Shown here piece by piece: positions 51,691-61,731 of a DNA stretch of 64,000 nucleotides. The stretch spans positions 1,248,001 through 1,312,000 of the forward strand of contig OZ241857.1 in the NCBI GenBank assembly GCA_965203315.1, given 5' to 3'. A program made the translations under genes and the position numbers. The notes beneath the pieces are model-generated. The model ran no database searches, was not told the DNA's origin, and worked only from the letters and a program-made list of their open reading frames with translations. This DNA comes from Nitrosopumilus sp. Lineage in GTDB: Archaea; Thermoproteota; Nitrososphaeria; Nitrososphaerales; Nitrosopumilaceae. Position 1 is the first letter of the stretch. The number at the start of each line of letters is the position of its first letter.

Positions 51691-51975
51691 ATGAGTCATA
51701 CTGGAGTAGATGTAATCGACTTTCTATTTTACACGATATATCCAGTTGTGGGAATCTTTGTAATCGAAGGCATCAGTAGAATAGTTAAATTTCCTAAATG
51801 GTCAAAACTTTGGGCACAGGCAATTCTATGTATAGGATTTGGTATATACTATTGGTTTATTCTACCGGTACCTCAAAACTTTCCACTAACTGCATTGGTT
51901 CTGTTTGCGCTTGCTATCGCATTGATATATCAAGGACGGCGCGCAAAGATATCGCCTGACAAGAGCCCTTACTAA
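51691..51975 (+). CDS. Small membrane protein
   Basis: 94 aa, three TM helices. Confidence 0.65.
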   Translation: MSHTGVDVIDFLFYTIYPVVGIFVIEGISRIVKFPKWSKLWAQAILCIGFGIYYWFILPVPQNFPLTALVLFALAIALIYQGRRAKISPDKSPY

Positions 51976-52193
51976 AATCTTCCAAACAATCTCTTAAAGA
52001 TATTTGGCTTGTTACGTCCCCCGTCTCTAATTACTCGCTGTTGCCCAAACCTCTTTGCTCGTATCTGACTCAATTTTACACACCGATGTTCTTCGGGTAG
52101 TCGATGCTCTGCACAGAAAGGATCCTTGCAATAGTTGCATTGAAATGGCAGATCGGTAGTATCACCACAGTAGGCACAGTTTTCAGGTTTCAT
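51972..52193 (-). CDS. AN1-type zinc finger protein
   Basis: CAYC...LPFQCNYC..FCAEHRLPEEHRC. Confidence 0.88.
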   Translation of the reverse strand: MKPENCAYCGDTTDLPFQCNYCKDPFCAEHRLPEEHRCVKLSQIRAKRFGQQRVIRDGGRNKPNIFKRLFGRF

Positions 52194-52259
52194 GGTGTAT
52201 GATTCGTCTCCACTTTTAATAAAGCTGTATGATAATATCTTTCCCACCCGCGTGGAGGC

Positions 52260-53006
52260 TCAACCCAATTCTTCGTCTGCCCATTTGGGATCTGCTCTAA
52301 TCTCCGCACTAGCTCGTTTTGCCCTAAACGCCATAAGTGGCGTTTCACCATTATCAATGTCTAGAGAAAAGTGCAATCTGGACTCATTATAATAGTCGAC
52401 ATACTCGCTTATGCGATCACAATGTTCAATCTCTGTTTCAAAGGTTCCAAAGAATCTCTTTATTTTGTTGATAGTGCGTGGATAGTTTATCTTTGCAACC
52501 AAATGAACTATACCTAACCTATCCAACTCTTCCTCAAATAATGTGCGGTTTCTGGGCCCCTCTCTTGATCTTTGAAGAGATGTAAACTGAACCCCTTGAT
52601 CGGACAGTATCTGTGCTGGTGCACCAAATCCCTTGATAGCTTCTTCTAGTGCATAAACCGTATTCTCTGATGTTGGATATTGGTACATATCACAGCACGT
52701 AATACATCTAGATGCGTCATCCATGTAACAGATCAACCACAAATCTTCCCATCTAGGATCTTCTATCACATGCCAGTCCACATACCACATGGCATTAGAG
52801 TATCTTCGTTCATGTTGGACCCATTTACGACCTTTTGCATGTAGAGTCACTATTACATGTTCATTATTTTGTAAATTTAATCTATCTGTGCGATATGGTT
52901 CTGTTAGATTGTAGTGGTGGGCATCTAGAAAATTTTTTAAAAAATTAGCATTGATGAGAGTCTGTTGCATATGTCGTAAATTATAACCAAAAGTATACTC
53001 GTGCAA
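52260..53006 (-). CDS. IS481-like integrase-core protein, N-terminally truncated and lacking the catalytic Glu
   Basis: W.VDWH, YMDDASR, ILSDQGVQF, NKIKRFF (K in place of E), YNESRLHFSL; TGT...caccc TIR-like sequence at 52226. Confidence 0.7.
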   Translation of the reverse strand: MHEYTFGYNLRHMQQTLINANFLKNFLDAHHYNLTEPYRTDRLNLQNNEHVIVTLHAKGRKWVQHERRYSNAMWYVDWHVIEDPRWEDLWLICYMDDASRCITCCDMYQYPTSENTVYALEEAIKGFGAPAQILSDQGVQFTSLQRSREGPRNRTLFEEELDRLGIVHLVAKINYPRTINKIKRFFGTFETEIEHCDRISEYVDYYNESRLHFSLDIDNGETPLMAFRAKRASAEIRADPKWADEELG

Positions 53007-53114
53007 GTTTTGAGTTATCTTTGACTTGAGAATAAAAATATCCTAGTCAAAACTTTCAAGTTTTTCTCCAAACCATTTATCACTCGACAACAGAATCCTC
53101 TAAACATTTTTACA

Positions 53115-53873
53115 ATGCCTAGATTGATGATATTCAAGTTGATTAAAGACAAAGTTGCAATAGTGACAGGAGCCAGTAGTGGTATAGGATATGCCACTGC
53201 ACTTGCACTCTCAAAGGCAGGAGCAAAGGTTGCAGTAGGAGCTAGACGCATAGATCGTCTAACTGCACTAGCTGATGAGGTTGCTCCCAACGAGATACTG
53301 TACCAAAGACTAGATGTGACACAGCGATCCGATTGTGACAACTTTGCAAAGTCAGTATTAGAAAAATGGGGCTCAATTGATATTCTTGTAAATAATGCAG
53401 GATTGATGCCACTCAGCTTTGTTAAAAATCTCAAAGTAGATGAATGGGATAGAATGGTTGATGTAAACATCAAAGGTGTCCTATATTGTACAGCAGCTGT
53501 AATCTCTCACATGAAAGAGAGAAAGTCTGGTCATATTGTAAATATCTCATCCGTTGCAGGACGGATAGTGTTTCCTGCAGGGAGTGTCTATTGTGCTACA
53601 AAACATGCCGTCACTGCATTTAGTGAAGGGTTACGTCAAGAGTTTAGCACCAGATCCAACATTCGAGTTACCACAATAGAACCAGGAGTCGTTGCAACAG
53701 AATTAAATCAATCAATAACAGACGAGTCTCTTGCAGGATTTGTAGAGAACACCAAAAAGATGCAATCACTTCAAGCAGAGGATATTGCAAATGCAATATT
53801 GTTTGCGGTCGATTCTCCACAACACGTCAATGTCAACGAGATTCTAGTCAGACCTACAACCCAAGAGCGTTGA
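53115..53873 (+). CDS. Short-chain dehydrogenase/reductase (YdfG-like)
   Basis: TGASSGIG, NNAG, SSVAG, YCATK. Confidence 0.92.
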   Translation: MPRLMIFKLIKDKVAIVTGASSGIGYATALALSKAGAKVAVGARRIDRLTALADEVAPNEILYQRLDVTQRSDCDNFAKSVLEKWGSIDILVNNAGLMPLSFVKNLKVDEWDRMVDVNIKGVLYCTAAVISHMKERKSGHIVNISSVAGRIVFPAGSVYCATKHAVTAFSEGLRQEFSTRSNIRVTTIEPGVVATELNQSITDESLAGFVENTKKMQSLQAEDIANAILFAVDSPQHVNVNEILVRPTTQER

Positions 53874-53877
53874 GTCA

Positions 53878-55020
53878 ATGTCGACTCCACACGTTCTAAT
53901 TCTAGGTGGTGGATTTGGAGGTCTTGCAGCTGCAAATGAGATACGTAACTCGTTCTCTGTAGAACAAGTTAGAGTTACAATCGTTGATAAAAAAGACTGG
54001 TTTATGGTTGGATTCACAAAGCTATGGATAATGAATGGAACACGAACCTTTGAAGACTCGACAGTCTCCCTACAAAATCTCATAAAATATGATATCGACT
54101 TTATCCAAGAAGAGGTTGTCTCGATAGATTTTACAACACATAGAGTTCACACTACAGAACAGTCTATTCGTTATGATTTTTTATTGATAGCTATGGGGGC
54201 TACAATGAAACCAGAACTGATCTCAGGACTAGAAGAGAATGGTCTAAATCTATATGATCATAAACATCTACTAGAGATACGCCGACGCATATTGGGGATC
54301 AACTCTGGACAGATCGCAATATGTATAACATCTATGCCATACAAATGTCCACCAGCTCCGTTTGAGGCAAGTCTACTTGTTGCAGCAATGCTTAGAGAAC
54401 GAAACATACGTGACGCGGTAGAGATTCACATCTACTCTCCTGCGCCAATAACTCTTCCTGTGGCAGGAGACGCTCCTAGCGCGCAGTTGTTAGATATGAT
54501 ACATGCTGAAGGAGTGATATTTCATCCATCATCTAAACTACAAATGATCAAACCAAACGAGTTGATCTTTGAGAATAAATCTGCCAACTTTGATCTTCTC
54601 CTAGCTGTTCCACCACATACTGCACCAAAAGTCATACATGAATGTGGTCTAGCAGGTGATCTAGGATTTATCAAGATCGATCGTGACTGCAAGACTGCAC
54701 ACGAGAATGTCTTTGCGGTAGGTGATGTAACGACCATGACAGCCATAGACTCGATCGCAGTTCCCAAGGCTGGTGTCTTTGCAGAGGGGCAAGGGCTAGT
54801 GGTAGCAAAGAACATCATATCTAGCATAAGATCACAAAATACCTCTCAAGTCTTCGACGGACGAGGAGGGTGCTTTATCGAGTCTGGGCGAGATACTGCA
54901 GCTGTTGTCCAAGTAGACATGTTTGCAGACAAACCAAAAACCGAGATAACCGAATCCACAAAATCGAATCTAGAGAAAAAGATCGAGTTTGAACTAGAGA
55001 GATTAAAATGGTTAAGATGA
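53878..55020 (+). CDS. Sulfide:quinone oxidoreductase-like FAD oxidoreductase
   Basis: ILGGGFGG, YKCPPAPFE, FAVGD, PKAGVFA, CFIESG. Confidence 0.8.
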   Translation: MSTPHVLILGGGFGGLAAANEIRNSFSVEQVRVTIVDKKDWFMVGFTKLWIMNGTRTFEDSTVSLQNLIKYDIDFIQEEVVSIDFTTHRVHTTEQSIRYDFLLIAMGATMKPELISGLEENGLNLYDHKHLLEIRRRILGINSGQIAICITSMPYKCPPAPFEASLLVAAMLRERNIRDAVEIHIYSPAPITLPVAGDAPSAQLLDMIHAEGVIFHPSSKLQMIKPNELIFENKSANFDLLLAVPPHTAPKVIHECGLAGDLGFIKIDRDCKTAHENVFAVGDVTTMTAIDSIAVPKAGVFAEGQGLVVAKNIISSIRSQNTSQVFDGRGGCFIESGRDTAAVVQVDMFADKPKTEITESTKSNLEKKIEFELERLKWLR

Positions 55021-55215
55021 GTCTTTCTCTCTTACCAGATGCTCCAAGACCGCCTTGATCGTTACATCGAGATCAGAGTCTTTAGCAATATCGAGTTTCT
55101 CAGGTAGACTCAACTTTGTATCGATATCTTCAAACTCTATCCTTCGTCTCTGTATACAATCAATATGATCTTGGTCCGTACCTGATACTCTATTACATAT
55201 GCTACAAACTTTCAT
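55012..55215 (-). CDS. Small hypothetical protein (CxxC...H..C)
   Basis: 67-aa ORF. Confidence 0.55.
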   Translation of the reverse strand: MKVCSICNRVSGTDQDHIDCIQRRRIEFEDIDTKLSLPEKLDIAKDSDLDVTIKAVLEHLVREKDSS

Positions 55216-55270
55216 CTAGTTATCACAAAACACTACGGTTTAATAATTTCATTCAATAGTAAATCCTTTA

Positions 55271-55344
55271 GGGATTGTCGTCTAGCTTGGTATGATACTA
55301 GTCTGGGGGGCTAGTGGTCGCAGGTTCAAATCCTGCCAATCCCA
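55271..55344 (+). tRNA. tRNA-Pro(GGG)
   Basis: Acceptor stem GGGATTG/CAATCCC, anticodon arm CTAGT-CTGGGGG-GCTAG, T-arm GCAGG-TTCAAAT-CCTGC; CCA not encoded. Confidence 0.93.
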
Positions 55345-56121
55345 CTATAACTTTAAAGTCTTCAAGAGATGCGAAAAATTGGTCCGAGTTGGTTGCTGCT
55401 TGTATATCTTGAGCGCAGTAATAATATTTGATTTGGGAGGTAATGTATAGATTCGTTGCACCCTCTTTGATATGTTCGATCCTATGAATATCGCTTGTGT
55501 AGCTGATGTGATGTTTGATGGCTTACGTTTTGTACTGGCACTCTCGAAATCGATCAATGCTGTATTGTTACCGACCAGTACGTGTTTGGATATGTTACTC
55601 AACTCACCATGATCAATACCTGCCTGATCCAGTACATAACAGTCATTGAGTACCTTTCGAATTACATCCTTTAACCTCTTTACACTTCCTGTACCCTGAA
55701 TATCTCTGATCCACTTACTGATCTTTATTCCATCTATGTACTCCATCACAACAAAGTTTGTACTCGCAGCAAACAACTTTGGTCCCACTCTTGACTCGTT
55801 TACCAATTTGAGGATCGTAGCTTCATGTTCTAATCCTTCTCGTGGTGAGTCTGTCCTCCGTATCTTGAGAGCTGCTATCTTGCCATTTAGTCGTGCTAGT
55901 ACAACAACACCGACATACCCTTTTCCAAGTATAGGTATATTTCCAATCAATGTCGGTCCTGTAAATGCTATCGAATTTACACCCAACTTTTGCAACTCGG
56001 TAATCCTTGATCGGAGTTGATGTTTCGTAGCTCTCGGATATCCAAGAATGTTCGAGTATGGTGGTTCAATCAGATCTGCTATCGCGATAAAAGATATGTT
56101 CATCAGTTGAGATGATCTCAC
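55345..56121 (-). CDS. Ser/Thr protein kinase (RIO/Bud32-like)
   Basis: LGKGYVGVV, ALKIRR, MEYIDG, HGELS, LIDFESAS. Confidence 0.85.
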   Translation of the reverse strand: MRSSQLMNISFIAIADLIEPPYSNILGYPRATKHQLRSRITELQKLGVNSIAFTGPTLIGNIPILGKGYVGVVVLARLNGKIAALKIRRTDSPREGLEHEATILKLVNESRVGPKLFAASTNFVVMEYIDGIKISKWIRDIQGTGSVKRLKDVIRKVLNDCYVLDQAGIDHGELSNISKHVLVGNNTALIDFESASTKRKPSNITSATQAIFIGSNISKRVQRIYTLPPKSNIITALKIYKQQPTRTNFSHLLKTLKL

Positions 56122-57388
56122 TTATTGCCTCTTTAATTGATTTATCCACTTTTGGCTCACCCATAAATATATCAAATCCACGCTTAAAGTCTCTCTGGAG
56201 ACCATTGGGTATTCCTCTCTTGAGATTATTTCGTAAAAAGTCTCTCATAAACAGATCTGGTCTGGTGAATCGCCGCCTCTTTAATGACATTATGTTACCA
56301 TCTTCTCCTACCCATACCATCTCACTAGATCGATTCTTTTCTACAAATGTCTTTGAACTCTTTATTCTAAAAAAGTCTGGTCCACGTTTTGTAAAGATAT
56401 CAGAGATCTCTGTACTCTCTAGTAGAAAGAACACAAACAACTCATCATTACTCACAAATGATCCACTACGTATAACATTAAATCCTGCTAACCCTAGTTG
56501 TCTTACAAGTGACGTACAGGCACGCTTGGTCTGTGCCCAAACAACATCGGGACTACGACTCTTGTATCTGGTCTTGACTGTAAGGACGTTCTTCCAGTAT
56601 CTCTTACTAGTACGTATCTTTGATCGAAACATTGATATCTTGGGGTTGGTCCTATATGCCCTACACGCCAACACAAACTTGGCAATATTTTTTAGTGATA
56701 TTGCGGCTGCCAAATTTCGATTCTCATCTATAGGATCTATTATCACTATTGGTGTATCAAATTTTTTACCGGGACTACCAATTACTAACGTATCGTTGAT
56801 CTCTGATATTGCTCGTGCAACCTTTGTAAACGTATGATAATGATAGATCAGTACCTCTGTCACATAGCCACCAAAACCCTGTCTTGCAATCTCTGCGCCA
56901 TAGATATCATTTACTTTAAGAAATTTTTTGAGGACTCGGACTTCGTCACGCATCTTTGGAGTAAGTGACTCTTTCATAAACTTTGTATGATGTATAGAAC
57001 GATCAGCAGAGCTCTGCCATTTGCCAATACCTACATCATAACAAGGAACTACGTTTATCTCTGTACCACGGATATCCGCTTTAACATATGGATGCTCTGA
57101 GTAACTCGTATTTGGTGAATACTCTTTCAATGCTGTGAAACCAATCTCTAATACGACATCTTCCATCTCATCTGATCTAGTAGTGGTTTTGAATTTAACA
57201 AAGATATCGACATCTGCATTATCCAACCATGTTCCTTTTGCGAGTGATCCACCAATCTCTATACCAACGATTTGAGGATACTTGCCAATCAGATCATTGA
57301 CTAGATTGTATGCAACGTCTGCAATCTCTCTTTTTATTGTTATAGTCTTTGCTGATGGCTTGACAGCCTTTCTAATCTCTGTTATCAT
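56066..57388 (-). CDS. cca: Archaeal CCA-adding enzyme
   Basis: GGSLAKGTWL..ADVDIF, EHPYV, VVPCY, SSADRS, YGAEI..GFGGY. Confidence 0.93.
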   Translation of the reverse strand: MITEIRKAVKPSAKTITIKREIADVAYNLVNDLIGKYPQIVGIEIGGSLAKGTWLDNADVDIFVKFKTTTRSDEMEDVVLEIGFTALKEYSPNTSYSEHPYVKADIRGTEINVVPCYDVGIGKWQSSADRSIHHTKFMKESLTPKMRDEVRVLKKFLKVNDIYGAEIARQGFGGYVTEVLIYHYHTFTKVARAISEINDTLVIGSPGKKFDTPIVIIDPIDENRNLAAAISLKNIAKFVLACRAYRTNPKISMFRSKIRTSKRYWKNVLTVKTRYKSRSPDVVWAQTKRACTSLVRQLGLAGFNVIRSGSFVSNDELFVFFLLESTEISDIFTKRGPDFFRIKSSKTFVEKNRSSEMVWVGEDGNIMSLKRRRFTRPDLFMRDFLRNNLKRGIPNGLQRDFKRGFDIFMGEPKVDKSIKEAISEIISTDEHIFYRDSRSD

Positions 57389-57924
57389 GTTGCGACAACC
57401 TCGTGGAGATCTAGATATCCTGATACTTTTGGTACAAAACTCTCTTTGAGTTTTATACTATTGACATGTTGTACTCCAAAGTCTTTGGTCTTGTACGGTT
57501 CCAACTCTCTGATCATATTTGATGTACTATTTTTAATTCTAAATACTGTAACGTGTGGCACAAACTCTTCCGGCACAAACTCTTCACGGATCAGCCCAAG
57601 TGGTTTTAAAGCATTGTGTATCTTACCTGCTAGCTCTGATACTCTCTTTTGTCCCTGATCATCAGTGCCAATCCAAATGACGCTTGGTCTCTTTCTAGAA
57701 AAGACACACATTCCGACCAATCTCATATCAAATCTAGAAAATTCTAGATCTGCTAAAACATCTACCAATCTCTTTGTGATATCTCTGTTGATATTACCTA
57801 GAAAACATAGTGTAAGATGAATCTTTGTTAGGTCTGTGGCTCTCGCATTAATCTTTGATTGAATAGCATGTATAGATTCAATTATATCAAGATCTGTGAT
57901 ATCTATACCAACAAATACACTCAT
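57385..57924 (-). CDS. thpR: RNA 2',3'-cyclic phosphodiesterase (2H family)
   Basis: HLTL and HVTV 2H motifs; overlaps the cca start. Confidence 0.88.
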   Translation of the reverse strand: MSVFVGIDITDLDIIESIHAIQSKINARATDLTKIHLTLCFLGNINRDITKRLVDVLADLEFSRFDMRLVGMCVFSRKRPSVIWIGTDDQGQKRVSELAGKIHNALKPLGLIREEFVPEEFVPHVTVFRIKNSTSNMIRELEPYKTKDFGVQHVNSIKLKESFVPKVSGYLDLHEVVAT

Positions 57925-58121
57925 ACTTGTATCTCATTCATATGTTATTAAAAGTCTCGATTACTCTCTAACTTTTCGTGTAATGTATAGATGAATCTAA
58001 AACATTTATCAAAAGTAGCCAACCATAAATACGATAATTATATAATGGAGGACAGAAAAAAGTTTACACCAGTCTCCATGATTTCCTATTACATCTAGTA
58101 TTTTACCTCCATCAACTATAT

Positions 58122-60176
58122 TCATGTCTCTAATACACTTGGATCTTCAAAACGTTCATCATACAACGTATCTGGATATGGATTTGGAACCTTTACTGTC
58201 AATGGTTTTAGAGGAGCTTGTCCATTGAAATCCAAACCAGTATCTATACAAAATAAAGCCCGTCTAACTCTCTCATTCAATGGTATGTCTGCAAAACCGT
58301 ATCGCTTATTCATGAATTTTGTCATCTGAGGTGTAAGTCCTGTATACTTACCAGATGGACTAATGGTACATTCAAGTGTATCTGCTTTGTAATACATCTC
58401 TCCATATCTAATCTCCATCTCTGGAGTCATATCAGAGTCTCGTAATATTGGTAGTACGTAATTAATATTATCTGCTAACAATCTACGCATTTTTTGACCA
58501 GTAATTCTACTAGTTCCAATATCCATCGCTGATATACCGTAGATAGTTTTGTATGTTATGCTTGGGAATCCACAAAACATATTCACACGATCTTCTTTAA
58601 AACCCCAAACACGTCTTCCGATTTCAGATTCTGATCGATCTTGATCCGAGTCTGATATGCTTTGTAAAACATCGATCAAATTATCATCTTGAACATACCA
58701 CATCCTGCGCTCTCTATCATGCCAACAATTGTTGTAGATGTCTTTCTGTTCTATATGATCTGGTGTTGTAAAGTATGCAATTGTTGTACGGTTTATGTCC
58801 CTATCTTTTAATCTATTTTTTAGGTAACAATGTCCCAAATAACTATCAACAAGAGGTGTGTGCCCTTGATGAGTGTCTAATCTTCTCAAAAGATAATTGA
58901 TCCACTCATCATCATACTCGTCTGTAAAATCTTGTAAAAGATTATTCTTACACCACATTCTGTACATTACAACGACACGTTTGTCATAATATCGTAGTGA
59001 CTCAGCTCTCATCTTGTTAACATTTCTTATAGAATCTATCACCTCTGGACTCTTGTCTTTCATGTTTTGCATCTTGGATTCCATGCTTCGATCTTTTGGA
59101 TCATCTACAATACGTTTAATGGAAAGTCCTGAACCATCGTTGGCCCATTTGTCTGCTATCTCCATACTGAGATATCCGTATCTTACAGCGAATATACGTC
59201 GTTGCAGTTCTTCATCGGTCATGTTATCTAACCACTGATACCTATATCCCTGTAACCTACATGCCAAGTATAATTTTTTTTCTGCATCGGTAAATTCAGG
59301 AGATGGATGTCCGTGATGAAGTCTTGAAAGACATAAAAGATAATAATCTAGATCTTCATCGTTACCTAGAGCAAGGTTATATGTCTCCTTAAAACTTGTT
59401 GAAGAAAAATATATGTCCAAACCAAAGAATTTGTCGTCTGGTTCAAGCTCTGCAAATTCATCTCTAATTGCCACAATTGCAAATTCTTGATCACTAAAGT
59501 TTGATAGAATTAGATCAGAAGAGAATATAGGAGCATCAAGAGCCGATACATTATACTCCCAAATTATTCTAATTGTATTTTCATCAAGAAATTCACTGTA
59601 TAACAATTGATCAAAACTCATATCCATAGATATTCCAGCATCTGTCTCGTGAACAATTCTTATGTTTGTGACGTACAGCAAACCGATATCGTTATTCAGC
59701 TGTACATCTTCAAATACTTCTCTGACACGTTCATGTGGTTTGATATATACAAAGCCGTTAATATTATGTTGTATTATTTCTAGATTGATTAATTCACGCA
59801 TAATTTTATCGCATAAATCTAATGATGTAAACTTGTAAGCATCGGTTAATTCGTATGTTACATTATCAAGCTTTAACGGATTAGATTCTTTTGTTCTATA
59901 ATATATGCGGATACCTCTACCTTTCGTTGGAGTAATACCTATAATTTGTTCAATTGATGTTGTAAATATGACTCTTTTAGAGTTGTAAACTTTGATCCTT
60001 TTATTGGTAACTTCTAATCTGCCGTTTGCTAACGGAATATTCATAATTTTAATTTCAGTACCGTCTCTTTCCATAACAAAATCATACAATAGTGTAATTT
60101 TAATACATCGTGTCAGATCGTTGACCCTTACACTACTAATTGGGTTATTGAAATTAGTTGCATAGCGTTCTAACAT
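58122..60176 (-). CDS. Large hypothetical protein with N-terminal PH-like segments
   Basis: 684-aa ORF; GRLEVTNKRI and GLLYVTNIRIVHE repeats. Confidence 0.65.
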   Translation of the reverse strand: MLERYATNFNNPISSVRVNDLTRCIKITLLYDFVMERDGTEIKIMNIPLANGRLEVTNKRIKVYNSKRVIFTTSIEQIIGITPTKGRGIRIYYRTKESNPLKLDNVTYELTDAYKFTSLDLCDKIMRELINLEIIQHNINGFVYIKPHERVREVFEDVQLNNDIGLLYVTNIRIVHETDAGISMDMSFDQLLYSEFLDENTIRIIWEYNVSALDAPIFSSDLILSNFSDQEFAIVAIRDEFAELEPDDKFFGLDIYFSSTSFKETYNLALGNDEDLDYYLLCLSRLHHGHPSPEFTDAEKKLYLACRLQGYRYQWLDNMTDEELQRRIFAVRYGYLSMEIADKWANDGSGLSIKRIVDDPKDRSMESKMQNMKDKSPEVIDSIRNVNKMRAESLRYYDKRVVVMYRMWCKNNLLQDFTDEYDDEWINYLLRRLDTHQGHTPLVDSYLGHCYLKNRLKDRDINRTTIAYFTTPDHIEQKDIYNNCWHDRERRMWYVQDDNLIDVLQSISDSDQDRSESEIGRRVWGFKEDRVNMFCGFPSITYKTIYGISAMDIGTSRITGQKMRRLLADNINYVLPILRDSDMTPEMEIRYGEMYYKADTLECTISPSGKYTGLTPQMTKFMNKRYGFADIPLNERVRRALFCIDTGLDFNGQAPLKPLTVKVPNPYPDTLYDERFEDPSVLET

Positions 60177-60393
60177 GATATCAGATCGTTGAACATCGTT
60201 GTCTCGATATCATAACACAAATGTGTCCTCAACCACCTCACTCTTCTCAGATGTAGTATATTGACACTACAGAGTAATATCATCTCAACACGTCCTAGGT
60301 ATGATATCTAAAAACAGCTAGATGTACACCATGTACACCTTGTAATCTGACAAGTACACGTTAGATTCATAGAGATGATCCAACAAACCATAC

Positions 60394-60948
60394 ATGTTGG
60401 TAAAACTGATCGTGTGCCTTACTGGAATGCCTGGTGCAGGCAAGTCTACTATCGCTTGTGGATTAGCCGAACAACATGACTATCAAGTCATCAATATGGG
60501 TGATGCCGTAAGAGCAGAGGCAAAACGTAGAGATATCGAGCCAACTAGAACAAATCTAGGTAGATTGATGTTGGAGCTACGAGAGAGGGACGGACCGGGA
60601 GCAATAGTCGAATTGATTCGTGATGATATTATATCCTCACAATCTGATGTGATCATAATAGATGGTATTCGTTCTAATGATGAAGTCGAGGCATTACGTA
60701 AAATTGGGCTAGTAAAACTCTTGGCAGTACATGCATCTACAGATATTAGATTCGGTTTTCTAAAAGAGCGAGGAAGATCAGATGATCCACAAACCAAGGA
60801 ACACTTTACTGAACGAGACGATCGTGAGTTAAGAGTTGGGATCAGTACTAGTATTGCACTATCAGATGATACAATATCAAACACCAATTCGACAAAACAA
60901 GATCTGATATCTACTGCATATTCTATAATCAAAGGTTGGATGAGATGA
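60394..60948 (+). CDS. Dephospho-CoA kinase-like P-loop protein (UPF0200)
   Basis: LTGMPGAGKS, MGDAVR, IDGIRS, RGRSDDP, RDDREL. Confidence 0.85.
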   Translation: MLVKLIVCLTGMPGAGKSTIACGLAEQHDYQVINMGDAVRAEAKRRDIEPTRTNLGRLMLELRERDGPGAIVELIRDDIISSQSDVIIIDGIRSNDEVEALRKIGLVKLLAVHASTDIRFGFLKERGRSDDPQTKEHFTERDDRELRVGISTSIALSDDTISNTNSTKQDLISTAYSIIKGWMR

Positions 60949-61337
60949 TCCCTGATATACAATGCGAGATCAAAGTTGTAGCTCCATTATATCCATCAGA
61001 AGATCCTACAAAGGTTGCTGATGCGATCCAGAGAATATTTGTAAATGTTGACACGGTATCAAACAACTCTTCTATATCTGCCAGATCTACAGATCTTGCT
61101 GTCTTGAGTACCATATTTGATGCAATTCACGCAAAGAGATCTCAACGAGTTTATATGAAGAATCTAAAAAGGAATCTACACGATAATACTACGTGGTTTT
61201 ATCTAAACAAACAAGCCGCCTTTGTAGGCAAGACTGTGATATGTGCCGAGTCTGACGAGTCTCCACTAGGTCCAATCAAGGTATCTATTAGTTCTCCTGA
61301 TATAGATGATATAGTAGAGTGGTTGGTATCTAGCTAA
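60945..61337 (+). CDS. UPF0201/DUF54 putative RNA-binding protein
   Basis: PSEDPTKV..AI, LNKQAAFVG, ESPLGPI. Confidence 0.85.
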   Translation: MIPDIQCEIKVVAPLYPSEDPTKVADAIQRIFVNVDTVSNNSSISARSTDLAVLSTIFDAIHAKRSQRVYMKNLKRNLHDNTTWFYLNKQAAFVGKTVICAESDESPLGPIKVSISSPDIDDIVEWLVSS

Positions 61338-61406
61338 CAAAATTCATTCAATTTACAATCTTTTTTAACCTCGAGTTTCAAATCTATCTCTCTCCAAGTC
61401 TAAAAT

Positions 61407-61730
61407 ATGTTGATAAAACTGGGCATAATTGCTGGCGTTGTAATTCTTGGTACGATGATAGTTCTCAATGAGACTAGTCTCTTTCCACAAGCATCAACTC
61501 AATTACACAATACGCTAGATGACACAAAAAATGCAACTCTAACTGCAACTGATGCTCTAGAGTATGCCATCAATGATACTGTATCAAATGTGATGAATGC
61601 ATCTACGAAGGTAGGTCACCAAATCACAGACGAGATCGGTCATGTTACTGAACAGTCCAAGAGTACTATTGAGTCAAGTATAGAGGACTTTAATCCACTC
61701 GAGTCTGTTCAAGACGTATTTGATCCATGA
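61407..61730 (+). CDS. Membrane-anchored hypothetical protein
   Basis: N-terminal TM, amphipathic helical remainder. Confidence 0.6.
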   Translation: MLIKLGIIAGVVILGTMIVLNETSLFPQASTQLHNTLDDTKNATLTATDALEYAINDTVSNVMNASTKVGHQITDEIGHVTEQSKSTIESSIEDFNPLESVQDVFDP

Positions 61731-61731
61731 G

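Noticed and set aside
55305-55310. G6 run
   Set aside because: Part of the tRNA anticodon arm, not a contingency tract
55271-55344. tRNA-Pro as an integration site
   Set aside because: No integrase or duplicated tRNA 3' end seen; flanked by ordinary genes
56112-56837. 241-aa plus-strand ORF and similar long antisense ORFs (e.g. 39483..40025, 37456..37983)
   Set aside because: Shadow frames opposite well-supported genes
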